Shown in pieces: positions 17,387-28,218 of a stretch of DNA of 32,000 bases. Positions within the stretch are counted from its first letter, which is position 1; every line of letters begins with the position of its first letter. This stretch comes from Mycolicibacterium smegmatis (GTDB lineage: Bacteria > Actinomycetota > Actinomycetes > Mycobacteriales > Mycobacteriaceae). The notes under the pieces were generated by a model. It saw nothing but the letters and a program-made list of their open reading frames with translations. It searched no databases and was not told where the DNA came from. A program made the position numbers and the translations under genes. Where the stretch lies: the NCBI RefSeq assembly GCF_001457595.1, contig NZ_LN831039.1, positions 6,120,001 to 6,152,000 on the forward strand, read 5' to 3'.

Positions 17387-18367
17387 CTAGAACCGGTCCG
17401 GATGTAGTTGCCGCGCCAGCGAATCCACCGCCTTGGCCACCCGCACACCCACCACGACCGACGACAGCGGCAGCACCGCGAAACGCCGGTGCACGATCGC
17501 CGGCACGTGGGCCAGCATGGGATGGGCGGTCAGGAACGCCTTCTTCTGTTCCGCCGACTCGTCGCCGTAGTCGTAGATCAGGATCACGTCCGGTGCTCGG
17601 TCGGCGAACTGCTCGAACGACACGTCGGCCCACACCTTCTGCACGTCGTCGAAGAGATTCACCGCGCCGGCGGCCTCGATCATCTGATTGCCGATGCCTT
17701 TGCCGCCGGAGGTGAACACCGACGCCTCCCCGCTGTCGTAGACCGCGACGCGGACCGGCTCGACGCCGTTCACGGACTCTGCGGTTTCCGCGAGATCGCG
17801 ATGCAGCAGGTCGAGCAGGTGTCGCGCGCGCTCCTCGACCCCGAAGATCTCTCCGATGGTGCGGATCTCCTCGTCCACGGTCGCCATCGTCGCGGGTTCT
17901 GCGCTGCAGTCCTCGATGTTGAGGTGTGTGTTGATGCCGGCGTCGGACAGGCGTTGTCGCGCGCGACCTTCCTTGTCGTCGAACGCGCTGTCCCAGCCGC
18001 CGTAGACGAAGTCCGGTTCGACCGTCAGCAGCGCCTCGTACGACGGGTACTCGTCGGCAAGGACCGGTATGCGATCGTAGGCGCCCTGATACTCGGGCAG
18101 GATCGCGTCATCGAGGAATGAGGTGCCCACCATGGAATCCTCGAGCCCCAATGCGAGCAGTACCTCGATCGCATGCTGGTTGAGTGCGACGGCGCGGGTG
18201 GGTGGCCGCTCATAGGTGGTGGTGACGCCGCAGTTGTCCACCGTGATCGGGAATCCGGGTGCGGCAGCCTGACCGGCGTCGGACGCTGAGGTACTGGTAC
18301 ATCCCGACGCCACCAGCGCGATCGCCGAAACCACCGACCAGCATGCGATCGAGCGCCGCGCCGCCAT
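17387..18367 (-). CDS. BtuF/FecB-type periplasmic binding lipoprotein, candidate corrinoid/cobalamin binding protein
   Basis: Lipobox VASGC; fold-type sequence YERPPTRAVALNQHAIEVLLALGLEDSMVG. First gene after a cobalamin-riboswitch-like leader. Confidence 0.85.
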   Translation of the reverse strand: MAARRSIACWSVVSAIALVASGCTSTSASDAGQAAAPGFPITVDNCGVTTTYERPPTRAVALNQHAIEVLLALGLEDSMVGTSFLDDAILPEYQGAYDRIPVLADEYPSYEALLTVEPDFVYGGWDSAFDDKEGRARQRLSDAGINTHLNIEDCSAEPATMATVDEEIRTIGEIFGVEERARHLLDLLHRDLAETAESVNGVEPVRVAVYDSGEASVFTSGGKGIGNQMIEAAGAVNLFDDVQKVWADVSFEQFADRAPDVILIYDYGDESAEQKKAFLTAHPMLAHVPAIVHRRFAVLPLSSVVVGVRVAKAVDSLARQLHPDRF

Positions 18368-18411
18368 GTTCTCTCCATTCCTCTCCGGGGAGATCCGCCC
18401 CAGACCCTGCG

Positions 18412-18520
18412 AGGTGGTGACTGCGGTGAGTGTCTGACTCTCGACGCCCCGCGGGCATCGATCACAGTGGCGGGACCGTGCCGGATTCGCACCGGCTTCC
18501 TCGATCCGCAGTCGCCTTCG
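18412..18520 (-). promoter_or_regulatory. Cobalamin riboswitch (aptamer) upstream of the btuFCD-like operon
   Basis: Minus strand GACTGCGGATCGAGGAAGCCGGTGCGAATCCGGCACGGTCCCGCCACTGTGATCG...GAGTCAGACACTCACCGCAGTCACC. It carries the classic GCCGGTGCGAATCCGGC hairpin, CCCGCCACTGTGA core and a B12-box-like 3' element, closed by the perfect 8-bp stem GACTGCGG/CCGCAGTC. Confidence 0.88.
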
Positions 18521-18546
18521 GCACCGATGGTGTCATACCGCACGCC

Positions 18547-18801
18547 TCAGCGCGGACCCGCCATCGGCAACAACGCCATCTCGCGGGCGTTCTTGATCGC
18601 GGTCGCGACCTGCCGTTGCTGCTGCGGCGTCAAGCCGGTGACGTGGCGCGAGCGGATCTTGCCGCGCTCGCTGAGGAAGGTGCGCAGCACCGCGACATCC
18701 TTGTAGTCGATGGTGGTGACGCCGAGCGCCTCTAGCTGATTGCGCCGCGGTTTCTTGAGTTCAGTTGCGGCCGTGCGCTTTCTGGACTTCTTGACTGCCA
18801 T
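18547..18801 (-). CDS. rpsR2: Alternative (zinc-independent) 30S ribosomal protein S18
   Basis: 84 aa from MAVKKSRKR, no cysteines. Confidence 0.9.
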   Translation of the reverse strand: MAVKKSRKRTAATELKKPRRNQLEALGVTTIDYKDVAVLRTFLSERGKIRSRHVTGLTPQQQRQVATAIKNAREMALLPMAGPR

Positions 18802-19106
18802 CACCAACTCGCCTTCCGCACACCGGGCAACTCGCCGCGATGCGCCATCTCGCGCACCCGCACACGGGACAACCCGAACTTGCGCAGATGCCCGCGTGGT
18901 CGGCCGTCGACGACATCGCGGTTGCGCAACCGCACGGGACTGGAGTCGCGCGGCAGCCGTTGCAATGCGCTGACCGCGGCCGCGCGCCGCTCTGGCGAGC
19001 TGGCCGGATCACGGATGGTCCTCTTGAGTTCGGCGCGCCGTTCGGCGTAGCGCTGCACCAGTTCTCGCCGCTGCTCGTTCTTGACAATCTTCGACTTCTT
19101 CGCCAT
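18801..19106 (-). CDS. rpsN2: Alternative 30S ribosomal protein S14
   Basis: 101 aa [24 protein letters not shown]...[23 protein letters not shown], no cysteines. Confidence 0.93.
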   Translation of the reverse strand: MAKKSKIVKNEQRRELVQRYAERRAELKRTIRDPASSPERRAAAVSALQRLPRDSSPVRLRNRDVVDGRPRGHLRKFGLSRVRVREMAHRGELPGVRKASW

Positions 19107-19270
19107 CAGCGTTCCTCGCGGAACTCGACGTGGCGGCGCAGGACCGGATCGTATTTCCTGAGCACGATGCGGTCCGGGTCGTTGCGGCGATTCTTGCGGG
19201 TGACGTACGTGTATCCGGTTCCCGCAGTGGACCGCAGCTTCACGATGGGCCGGATCTCGTTGCGAGCCAT
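19106..19270 (-). CDS. rpmG2: Alternative 50S ribosomal protein L33
   Basis: Translated by eye from the sequence (absent from the supplied track because it is short): [54 protein letters not shown], 54 aa, no cysteines. Confidence 0.93.
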   Translation of the reverse strand: MARNEIRPIVKLRSTAGTGYTYVTRKNRRNDPDRIVLRKYDPVLRRHVEFREER

Positions 19271-19506
19271 CAGACCTTCTCCCCCCGTGCACGCATTCGG
19301 GCGACGACGGCCTCGATGCCGTCACGGTCGATCACCTTGATGCCTTTTGCGCTGACCCGCAGCCGGATTCGTCGTCCCTCCGACGGCAGGTAATAGGTCT
19401 TGTTCTGGATATTGGGGTCCCAGCGTCTCGGGGTGCGTCGGTGCGAATGCGACACCGAGTTCCCGAATCCGGGGCCGCGCCCGGTCACCTGGCAGTGGGC
19501 CGACAT
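19270..19506 (-). CDS. rpmB2: Alternative 50S ribosomal protein L28
   Basis: 78 aa [34 protein letters not shown]..., lacking paired CxxC motifs. Confidence 0.93.
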   Translation of the reverse strand: MSAHCQVTGRGPGFGNSVSHSHRRTPRRWDPNIQNKTYYLPSEGRRIRLRVSAKGIKVIDRDGIEAVVARMRARGEKV

Positions 19507-19540
19507 TGACTCTCCTTCGTCGTGCGGTACCGTCGTACGA

Positions 19541-19561
19541 TAATGACAATCGTTTTCAATA
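19541..19561. promoter_or_regulatory. Zur-like operator between rpmB2 and the CobW-like gene
   Basis: TAATGACAATCGTTTTCAATA, 19 of 21 identical to the 7749 box. Divergent promoter region. Confidence 0.85.
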
Positions 19562-19579
19562 AGCAAACCGGGAGGTCCC

Positions 19580-20794
19580 ATGCGTACGCCGGTAGTGCTG
19601 GTCGCCGGACAGGATGACGCCCGCGGAACCGGTCGGGCCGTCGTCGAGGAACTGCTCAAGGCACCTGGCACCCTGCTCGTCAGCCACACCTTCGACGGCC
19701 ATGTCGTCGTCCGCACCGTGAGCAGCTCGGTCGACAGCTCTCAGTGGGTACTTGAGCTGGTGCACGGATGCGTCTCGTGCACCGTGCGTGACGATCTGCT
19801 GATCCTGCTTCGCCGTCTGCACCGGCGCGCCGACGTGACCCGCATCGTCGTGCAGATGATGCCCTGGCTCGAGCCCGAACCCGTGCGCTGGGCCATCGAC
19901 AACGTGCACGTACGGGTCGGCCCGGGGTACATCGACGGGCCCGCGGCCCGCGACGTGGAGGTGGCAGCCGTGGTGACATGCGTGGACACCGCGGCGTGGC
20001 TGGAGCAGGCGCTCGGCGAGGACGAACTCGCCGACGGCCGCACGGCCGCCCAGGTGGTGGTCGGGCAGGCCGAGGTCGCCGACGTCCTCGTGCTCGGCGA
20101 ACCGGAGGCAACGACACTGGCGGTGCTGCGCCGGCTTGCGCCCCGCGCACGGATCACGGTCGGGCCGGACCGCCTCGAGCTGGCCCTGGCCCACCTCGAA
20201 CCGGACACCCCACGCGGACGCGCGCTCTCGCCCCGCGATTCCCTGCTGGCCGGACAACCGCCGCTGACGGCCGACGGCGAAGTACGCATCGTCGAGTTCA
20301 CCGCACGGCGTCCGTTCCACCCGGTGCGGCTACATGCGGCCATCGACCTGCTGCTCGACGGCGTGGTGCGCACCCGCGGCCGCGCCTGGCTGGCCAACCG
20401 GGACGCCGAGGTCATGTGGATCGAATCAGCCGGTGGCGGACTGCGTGTCAGCACCGCTGGAAAATGGCTGGCCGCAATGAATTCCAGCGAGCTTGCCTAC
20501 ACGGATCCGCAGTGGCGCGCGCTGGCGGCTATCGACTGGGACCCGAGTTTCGGCGACCGGCACGTCTCGCTCGTCATGCTGGTCTGCGGCGCCCGCACCG
20601 ACGACATCCTCGACGCACTGCGTGGCGCCCTGCTCACCGACGCCGAGTTCGCCCGACGACAGGAGTGGCGTCACTACCCCGACCCGTTCGGCGACTGGCA
20701 CCAGGAACCGTGCGACGCCGACCAGGCTGCCCACGCCGCGCAATTCTCAGACGCTCGTCACCACCCCGACCCCCAGACAGGAGAGCAATCGTGA
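19580..20794 (+). CDS. CobW/COG0523-like protein with degenerate P-loop (Rv0106-like)
   Basis: 404 aa. Retains [12 protein letters not shown] and C-terminal CobW-like [11 protein letters not shown]...[11 protein letters not shown], but the N-terminal Walker A position reads [13 protein letters not shown]. Confidence 0.88.
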   Translation: MRTPVVLVAGQDDARGTGRAVVEELLKAPGTLLVSHTFDGHVVVRTVSSSVDSSQWVLELVHGCVSCTVRDDLLILLRRLHRRADVTRIVVQMMPWLEPEPVRWAIDNVHVRVGPGYIDGPAARDVEVAAVVTCVDTAAWLEQALGEDELADGRTAAQVVVGQAEVADVLVLGEPEATTLAVLRRLAPRARITVGPDRLELALAHLEPDTPRGRALSPRDSLLAGQPPLTADGEVRIVEFTARRPFHPVRLHAAIDLLLDGVVRTRGRAWLANRDAEVMWIESAGGGLRVSTAGKWLAAMNSSELAYTDPQWRALAAIDWDPSFGDRHVSLVMLVCGARTDDILDALRGALLTDAEFARRQEWRHYPDPFGDWHQEPCDADQAAHAAQFSDARHHPDPQTGEQS

Positions 20795-21039
20795 AACCCG
20801 GCATCCACCCCGACTACCACCCGGTGGTGTTCCAGGACGCCGCAACGGGCGCGCAGTTCCTGACGCGCTCGACGGCCACCAGCACCCGCACCATCGAATG
20901 GCCCACCCCCAGCGGGCCGAAGACCTACCCGCTGATCGTGGTCGACGTCACCAGCGATTCGCATCCGTTCTGGACCGGATCGGCACGGCACATCGACTCC
21001 GCGGGTCAGGTGGAGAAGTTCCGGCGTCGCTACGGATGA
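20791..21039 (+). CDS. rpmE2: Alternative 50S ribosomal protein L31 (type B)
   Basis: 82 aa [27 protein letters not shown]...[18 protein letters not shown]; no cysteines. Overlaps the preceding stop. Confidence 0.93.
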   Translation: MKPGIHPDYHPVVFQDAATGAQFLTRSTATSTRTIEWPTPSGPKTYPLIVVDVTSDSHPFWTGSARHIDSAGQVEKFRRRYG

Positions 21040-21061
21040 CGGTCCACCTTAGGGTGGGGCC

Positions 21062-22007
21062 ATGCGGCTCAAACCCGGCAGGCCAGATCTGGCCGACCAC
21101 GCGCGGTTCTGCGACGCGCCCACGGCCACACCGGATTCCCCGGTCACCGTCACGTGGGCCGGTGTCACCACGCTTTTGGTCGACGACGGTGCGTCGGCGC
21201 TGCTGACCGACGGGTTCTTCAGCCGCCCCGGCCTGCTCACCGTTGGCCTGCGCCCGCTCGCGCCGAACGTGCCGCGGATCGACGGCTGCCTGGCCCGGTT
21301 GGGTGTGGACCGGCTCGCCGCGGTGCTGCCCGTGCACACCCACTTCGATCACGCCATGGACTCCGCCGTCGTCGCCGAACGCACCGGAGCGGCGCTGGTC
21401 GGTGGATCCTCGGCGGCGCAGATCGGCATCGGCGGCGGTCTGCCCGACGACCGGATCGTCACCGTCACCCCGGGTGAACCTGTAGCCATGGAGGCCTACG
21501 ACGTCACGCTGTTCGTCTCCGAGCACTGCCCGCCGGACCGGTTCCCCGGCGTCATCACCGAGCCCGTGGTGCCCCCGGCCAAGGCGTCGGCGTACAAGTG
21601 CGGTGAGGCGTGGTCGACGCTCGTGCACCACCGCCCGAGCGACCGTCGCGTGCTGATCGTCGGCAGCGCGGGCGCGGTTCCCGGCGCGCTGGCCGGGCAG
21701 CGCGCCGACGTCGTGTACCTGGGAGTCGGGCAGCTGGGACGGCAGCCCGAGCGCTACCTCACCGAACTACTGGACGCAGACCGTGCGCACCGTCGGCGCG
21801 CGCCGCGTGGTGCTGATCCACTGGGACGATTTCTTCCGGCCCCTGCACCGCCCGCTGCGTGCGCTGCCGTATGTGGCCGACGATCTCGACGCCACCATGC
21901 GCGTGCTCACCACGCTGGCCGCACACGACGGCGTCGCGCTGCACCTGCCGACGCTGTGGCAGCGCAGCGACCCCTGGATCGAGACCGGGAGCGGGCCCTG
22001 GCGCTGA
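21062..22007 (+). CDS. MBL-fold metallo-hydrolase with an apparent +1 frameshift near 21767
   Basis: MRLKPGRPDLADHARF..., HTHFDHAMDS metal-ligand motif. Homologous reading jumps to the frame ...YWTQTVRTVGARRVVLIHWDDFFRPL..., ending at TGA 22005-22007. Confidence 0.7.
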
Positions 22008-23239
22008 CGCTGGCGCTCATCGCGCTGATCGTCGTGCTGACCTTTGCGATGGTGCGCCCCAACGGATGGCCCGAGGCCGTGGCCGCCGTGCCCGCAGCGG
22101 TCCTGCTCATCGCCCTCGGGGCGATCTCGGTGCACGACGCGGTGGACGAGGCAGGCCGCCTGCTACCGGTGGTCGGGTTCCTCGCGGCCGTCCTCGTGCT
22201 CGCGCACCTGTGCGACGACGAGGGCCTGTTCCACGCGGCGGGCACGCTGATGGCCCGGGCGAGCCGCGGGCACCCGCGCAAGCTGCTGCTGCGGGTCTTC
22301 GTCATCGGCGCGACCACGACCGCGGTGCTGAGCCTGGATGCGACCGTGGTGCTGCTGACGCCGGTGGTGCTCGCGACCGCACGCACGCTCGCGATCGCAC
22401 CCCGCCCGCACGCGTATGCCTCGGCACATCTGGCCAACTCCGCGTCGCTGCTGTTCCCGGTGTCGAATCTGACCAACCTGCTGGCGTTCACGGTCGCCGG
22501 GCTGAGCTTCGTGGAGTTCAGCGCGTACATGGCGATACCGTGGCTGGCCGCCGTGGCGGTCGAATTCGCGCTGCTGAGTTGGCTTTTCAGCGCCGAGCTG
22601 CGGCCGCGGCCGGTGCCGGAGACCGCGCCGCCACCACCGGAGGTGCCGGTGTTCGTCCTCGTGGTGCTCGGCCTGACCCTCGCGGGTTTCGCGGTGACCT
22701 CGCTGCTGGACCTCGCACCCGCGTGGGCCGCCCTGGCCGGTGCCGTGGTGCTCGGGATACGCAGTTTCGCGCAACGCCGCAGCACGGTGCGCGGCATCGT
22801 GCGCGCGGTCAACGTGCCGTTCCTGGCGTTCGTGCTGTGCCTGGGCGTCGTGGTGGATGCCGTGGTGCTCAACGGGCCCGAGGCGGTCATGCGCGATGTG
22901 CTGCCCGACGGCGACTCGCTGCCCGCGCTGCTGGGCTACGCCGCGATCGCGGCCGTGCTGGCCAATCTGGTGAACAACCTGCCCGCCGTGCTGATGCTGT
23001 TGCCGTTGGTGGCCGCGGCGGGCCCCGGCGCGGTGCTGGCCGTGCTGATCGGTGTGAACGTGGGCCCGAACCTGACCTATGTGGGTTCGCTGTCGAACCT
23101 GTTGTGGCGCCATGTCGTCCACCGGCAAGGTCTGGCGGCCAAGGCAGGCGAGTTCAGCCGCGTGGGTGTGGTCACCACACCGCTGACGTTGGTCGCCGCG
23201 GTCCTCGGGTTGTGGGCGGGCCTGGAGCTGTTCGGCTGA
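21956..23239 (+). CDS. ArsB/NhaD-superfamily (SLC13-like) permease; start uncertain (GTG 21956 or 22034)
   Basis: Hydrophobic multi-TM protein; LSLDATVVLLTPVV, NSASLLFPVSNLTNLLAF, NNLPAVLMLLPLV motifs. Confidence 0.78.
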   Translation: MAAQRPLDRDRERALALTLALIALIVVLTFAMVRPNGWPEAVAAVPAAVLLIALGAISVHDAVDEAGRLLPVVGFLAAVLVLAHLCDDEGLFHAAGTLMARASRGHPRKLLLRVFVIGATTTAVLSLDATVVLLTPVVLATARTLAIAPRPHAYASAHLANSASLLFPVSNLTNLLAFTVAGLSFVEFSAYMAIPWLAAVAVEFALLSWLFSAELRPRPVPETAPPPPEVPVFVLVVLGLTLAGFAVTSLLDLAPAWAALAGAVVLGIRSFAQRRSTVRGIVRAVNVPFLAFVLCLGVVVDAVVLNGPEAVMRDVLPDGDSLPALLGYAAIAAVLANLVNNLPAVLMLLPLVAAAGPGAVLAVLIGVNVGPNLTYVGSLSNLLWRHVVHRQGLAAKAGEFSRVGVVTTPLTLVAAVLGLWAGLELFG

Positions 23240-23245
23240 GCCGTG

Positions 23246-24190
23246 TCAGCTGCGGCGCTGACGCGCGATCTCGGCGAGCACCACACCGGCGGCCACCGAC
23301 GCGTTGAGCGACTCGGTGGGCCCGGCCATCGGGATCGACACGATCGCGTCGCAGTGCTCACGCACGAGCCGCGACAGGCCCTTGCCCTCGGAGCCGACGA
23401 CGACGACCGTGGGGCCCGTCGCGTCGAGTTCGTCGAGGGTCGTGTCACCGCCGGCGTCGAGGCCGACGATCTGCAGGCCCGCGTCGGCAAAGCTCTTCAG
23501 CGTCCGGTTGAGGTTCGTCGCGCGCGCCACCGGAACACGTGCCGCGGCACCGGCGCTCGTGCGCCAGGCCACCGCGGTGACCGATGCCGACCGGCGCTGC
23601 GGGATCACCACGCCGTGGCCGGCGAACGCGGCCACCGATCGCACGATCGCCCCCAGGTTGCGCGGATCGGAGATGTTGTCGAGCGCCACCAGCAGCGCGG
23701 GTGCGGCATCGGCTCTCGCCGTGGCCAGCAGGTCGTCGGGGTGCGCGTAGGCGTACGGCGGCACCTGCAGTCCCAGGCCCTGGTGCAGCCCGTGGTTGCT
23801 CATGCGGTCCAGATCGGTGCGGGGCACCTCGAGGATCGAGATGCCGCGGTCCGCGGCCATCTGGACGGACTCGGTCACGCGCTCGTCGGCGTCGGTGCCC
23901 AGCGCGACGTACAGCGCGGTCGCGGGCACCTTGGCGCGCAGGCATTCGAGCACCGGATTGCGGCCGAGCACCAGTTCGGTCTCGTCGGTCTTGCGGCCGG
24001 CGCGCTGCTGCTGCGCCTTGGCCGCGGCCCTGGCCTTCTTGGCTGCCGGATGGTTGGGGCGCATGTGGGCCGGCGGCGTCGCGCCACGGCCCTCCAGGCC
24101 GCGCCTGCGCACACCGCCAGAACCCACGGTCGGGCCCTTCTTGGTCCCGGGCTTGCGAACTGCGCCGCGCCGCTGTGAATTTCCGGCCAT
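23246..24190 (-). CDS. rlmB: 23S rRNA (guanosine-2'-O-)methyltransferase RlmB-like (SpoU family)
   Basis: 314 aa from [19 protein letters not shown]; [51 protein letters not shown]. Confidence 0.93.
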   Translation of the reverse strand: MAGNSQRRGAVRKPGTKKGPTVGSGGVRRRGLEGRGATPPAHMRPNHPAAKKARAAAKAQQQRAGRKTDETELVLGRNPVLECLRAKVPATALYVALGTDADERVTESVQMAADRGISILEVPRTDLDRMSNHGLHQGLGLQVPPYAYAHPDDLLATARADAAPALLVALDNISDPRNLGAIVRSVAAFAGHGVVIPQRRSASVTAVAWRTSAGAAARVPVARATNLNRTLKSFADAGLQIVGLDAGGDTTLDELDATGPTVVVVGSEGKGLSRLVREHCDAIVSIPMAGPTESLNASVAAGVVLAEIARQRRS

Positions 24191-25623
24191 TACTTGTCCC
24201 GCTCTATCAGGGCCCATTGCGGGCCGTCGGCGGTGTCGGTGACCTCGATACCGGCTTCCTTGAGCCTATCGCGGATCGCGTCGGCGGCCGCCCAGTCGCG
24301 ACGCTCACGGGCCTCGGCGCGGCTGGCCAGCGCCCACTGCACCAGCACGTCGACGGCCTTGAGCGCGGCCGACGTCGCATCACGCGACTCCCAGCGCTCG
24401 TTGAGCGGGTCGCAGCCGAGGATGTCCATCATGGCGCGGATCGACGACGCCTGCTGCATCGCGGTCTGGTGGTCGCCCGAGTCCAGCGCCCGGTTGCCCT
24501 CGGCGCGCGCGGCGTGGATCTCGGCCAGCGCGATGGGCACCGACAGATCGTCGTTGAGCGCCGCGGCGAACTTCGGCGTCCATTCCCCGATCGGCACCGA
24601 GCCGACGCGACTGCACACACGGTGCAGGAAGTCCTCGATGCCCGTGTAAGCCTTGACCGCGTCCTGCAGCGCGGTCTCGGAGAACTCCAGCATCGACCGG
24701 TAGTGCGCACTGCCCAGGTAGTAGCGCAGCTCGGCAGCCCGGACCCGTTGCAGCACAGCGGGAATCGAGAGCACGTTGCCCAGCGACTTGCTCATCTTCT
24801 CGCCGCCCATGGTGACCCAGCCGTTGTGCAGCCAGTACCGGGCGAAGCCGTCGCCTGCGCCGTGCGCCTGCGCGATCTCGTTCTCGTGGTGCGGGAACAC
24901 CAGATCCATGCCGCCTGCGTGGATGTCGAATTCGGGGCCCAGGTAGGCCTCGCACATCGCGACACACTCGGTGTGCCAGCCGGGACGGCCGCGGCCCCAC
25001 GGCGTGGGCCAGGACGGCTCGCCGGGCTTGGCGCCCTTCCACAGCGTGAAGTCGCGCTGATCGCGTTTGCCGGTCGCGACGCCCTCGCCCTGGTGCACAT
25101 CGTCGATGCGGTGCCCCGACAACTGCCCGTAGTCCGGCAGGCTCAGCACGTCGAAGTACACGTCGCCGCCCGCGGCGTAGGCGTGGCCCTTGTCGATGAG
25201 GCGCTCGATGAGCTCGACCATCTGCGTGATGTGCCCAGTGGCCCTCGGCTCGGCAGACGGCGGCAGCACGCCCAGCGCGTCGTAGGCGGCCGAGAAGGCA
25301 CGCTCGAAGGTGGCGGCCCACTCCCACCACGGACGCCCGGCGTCAGCGGCCTTGTTGAGGATCTTGTCGTCGATGTCGGTGACATTGCGGATGAACGCGA
25401 CGTCGTAGCCGTTGGCGGTCAGCCAGCGGCGCAACACGTCGAACGCAACCCCACTCCGGACATGTCCGATGTGCGGAAGACCTTGTACGGTCGCCCCGCA
25501 CAGGTAGATCGAAGCGTGCCCAGGCCGCAACGGCACGAAATCACGTACGGCACCCGCCATGGTGTCGTAGAGCCTCAAGCCGAGCTCAGGGCCCGACCCG
25601 ACAGCTTGAGCGCGATCGGTCAC
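24190..25623 (-). CDS. cysS: Cysteinyl-tRNA synthetase
   Basis: 477 aa; [46 protein letters not shown]. Confidence 0.96.
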   Translation of the reverse strand: MTDRAQAVGSGPELGLRLYDTMAGAVRDFVPLRPGHASIYLCGATVQGLPHIGHVRSGVAFDVLRRWLTANGYDVAFIRNVTDIDDKILNKAADAGRPWWEWAATFERAFSAAYDALGVLPPSAEPRATGHITQMVELIERLIDKGHAYAAGGDVYFDVLSLPDYGQLSGHRIDDVHQGEGVATGKRDQRDFTLWKGAKPGEPSWPTPWGRGRPGWHTECVAMCEAYLGPEFDIHAGGMDLVFPHHENEIAQAHGAGDGFARYWLHNGWVTMGGEKMSKSLGNVLSIPAVLQRVRAAELRYYLGSAHYRSMLEFSETALQDAVKAYTGIEDFLHRVCSRVGSVPIGEWTPKFAAALNDDLSVPIALAEIHAARAEGNRALDSGDHQTAMQQASSIRAMMDILGCDPLNERWESRDATSAALKAVDVLVQWALASRAEARERRDWAAADAIRDRLKEAGIEVTDTADGPQWALIERDK

Positions 25624-25652
25624 GACGTGCCAGCTTACCGGCCCTTTGAGGG

Positions 25653-26144
25653 CTACTTTGCATCACCGACCGGTTCGGCGGCCACGAGGGCCGTGGCGAT
25701 GGCTGCCAGACCCTCGCCGCGGCCGGTCAGCCCGAGGCCGTCGGTGGTGGTGGCCGACACCGACACCGGGGCTCCCACCAGCCCGGAGAGCACCTGTTGT
25801 GCCTCTTCGCGCCGGGGCCCCACCTTCGGCCGATTGCCGATGACCTGCACCGTTGCGTTGCCGACGACGAAGCCCGCGTTCTCGACGAGCGCGCGCACGT
25901 GACGAATCATGTCGGCGCCGCTGGCACCGCGCCACTGCGGGCGGTCGGTGCCGAAGATCGTGCCGAGATCACCCAACCCGGCAGCGCTGAGTAGCGCGTC
26001 ACACAGCGCGTGGGCCGCGACATCGCCGTCGGAGTGGCCTGCGCAGCCGTCGGCGTCGTCGAATTCCAGGCACAGCAGACGACACGGGCGGCCTGCCTCG
26101 ATCGGGTGGACGTCGGTGCCGAGCCCGACGCGAGGCAGCATCAT
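25653..26144 (-). CDS. ispF: 2-C-methyl-D-erythritol 2,4-cyclodiphosphate synthase
   Basis: 163 aa; [46 protein letters not shown]. Confidence 0.96.
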   Translation of the reverse strand: MMLPRVGLGTDVHPIEAGRPCRLLCLEFDDADGCAGHSDGDVAAHALCDALLSAAGLGDLGTIFGTDRPQWRGASGADMIRHVRALVENAGFVVGNATVQVIGNRPKVGPRREEAQQVLSGLVGAPVSVSATTTDGLGLTGRGEGLAAIATALVAAEPVGDAK

Positions 26145-26809
26145 GCGCCGCGCGCCAGGACGGCCTCGGCGAGCACGAGATCCAGCGGTGTGGTGATCTT
26201 GAATGCCAGCGGGTCGCCGTCGACGATCTGCACGGGCGTCCCGAGTTGTTCGACCAATGACGCGTCGTCGGTCACGCCGCCGGCCGTGGCGCGCGCGTAG
26301 GCGCGCCGCAGCACGTCGGCATGGAAACCCTGAGGCGTCTGGACAGCGCGCAGACCGGCCCGCTCGGGCGTTCCGAGCACCGCGCCGTTGGCGTCGACCG
26401 CCTTTATGGTGTCGGCCGGCGCGAGTCCGGGTACGACGGCACTGTGCCCTTCTTTCAGCGCAGCCACCACCCGGGCGATCAACGCGGGCGGGGTCAGTGC
26501 GCGTGCGGCGTCGTGCACCAGGACGAACTCGGCGTCACCGGCCGCTTCGAGAGCGAGCGCAACCGACCCTGTGCGATCGACCCCACCGGAGACGATCACG
26601 GAGTCTTCACCGCCGAACACCAGTTTCGACTCGTCGGTGAGCGCGGGCGGTACCGCGATCACGATCCGGTCGATCACGCCGGAAGCGCGAAGCCCCGACA
26701 GAGCGTGCTCAAGAAGGGGTGCTCCCCCCAGTGTCACGAATGCTTTCGGCCGTCCCGCGCGCAGCCGCTCACCAGAGCCGGCGGCCGGGACGACGGCAAC
26801 CGTCGCCAC
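26141..26809 (-). CDS. ispD: 2-C-methyl-D-erythritol 4-phosphate cytidylyltransferase
   Basis: 222 aa; [32 protein letters not shown], overlaps ispF by 4 nt. Confidence 0.95.
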   Translation of the reverse strand: MATVAVVPAAGSGERLRAGRPKAFVTLGGAPLLEHALSGLRASGVIDRIVIAVPPALTDESKLVFGGEDSVIVSGGVDRTGSVALALEAAGDAEFVLVHDAARALTPPALIARVVAALKEGHSAVVPGLAPADTIKAVDANGAVLGTPERAGLRAVQTPQGFHADVLRRAYARATAGGVTDDASLVEQLGTPVQIVDGDPLAFKITTPLDLVLAEAVLARGA

Positions 26810-26828
26810 CGTTTACGTCCCGAACAGA

Positions 26829-27362
<534 letters not shown>

Positions 27363-27601
27363 TCACACGTGCACCAACGGTGCAGGTCAGGGGCCATGCA
27401 GGTTAATGGCAGGGGTTGACACGATGACGAATTCGTGCAACTGCCGCGAGATCGACGGGGCCGAAAGGGATCCCGGCGCAAACTCCCGCGCGCCTCACGA
27501 GGGGCCTGAAGGGACGCTTGGCAAGCCCTCACATTCCCCTGATGATCGCCACCTACTACTCTGCATAGTCGAAGAACGGCGAACCTGTTCAGGAGGCTTG
27601 A

Positions 27602-28162
<561 letters not shown>

Positions 28163-28218
28163 GTCTTCACCGGCCTGTCGCAGGCCCGGCTGTCGGTGCC
28201 TGCCGATACTGTCACGGC

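Noticed and set aside
15564-17633. 689-aa minus-strand ORF in the track
   Set aside because: Only the last 263 aa (from 16355) are a genuine ABC ATPase. The upstream part is an out-of-frame Arg/Gly-rich translation overlapping the well-supported permease.
15564-18367. Calling this ABC system an iron-siderophore importer
   Set aside because: Family-level similarity allows it, but no IdeR-like box was noticed and the leader has cobalamin-aptamer features, so a corrinoid substrate is favoured.
21859-23307. 482-aa plus-strand ORF
   Set aside because: Shadow frame of the permease, Arg/Gly-rich, no recognisable domain.
23584-25902. 772-aa plus-strand ORF
   Set aside because: Antisense to rlmB/cysS/ispF, Arg/Pro-rich composition typical of high-GC shadow frames.
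27416-27450. Short palindrome ACGAATTCGT in the carD-lpqE intergenic region
   Set aside because: Only 10 bp, single occurrence noticed, no link to a known regulator; insufficient to call a site.
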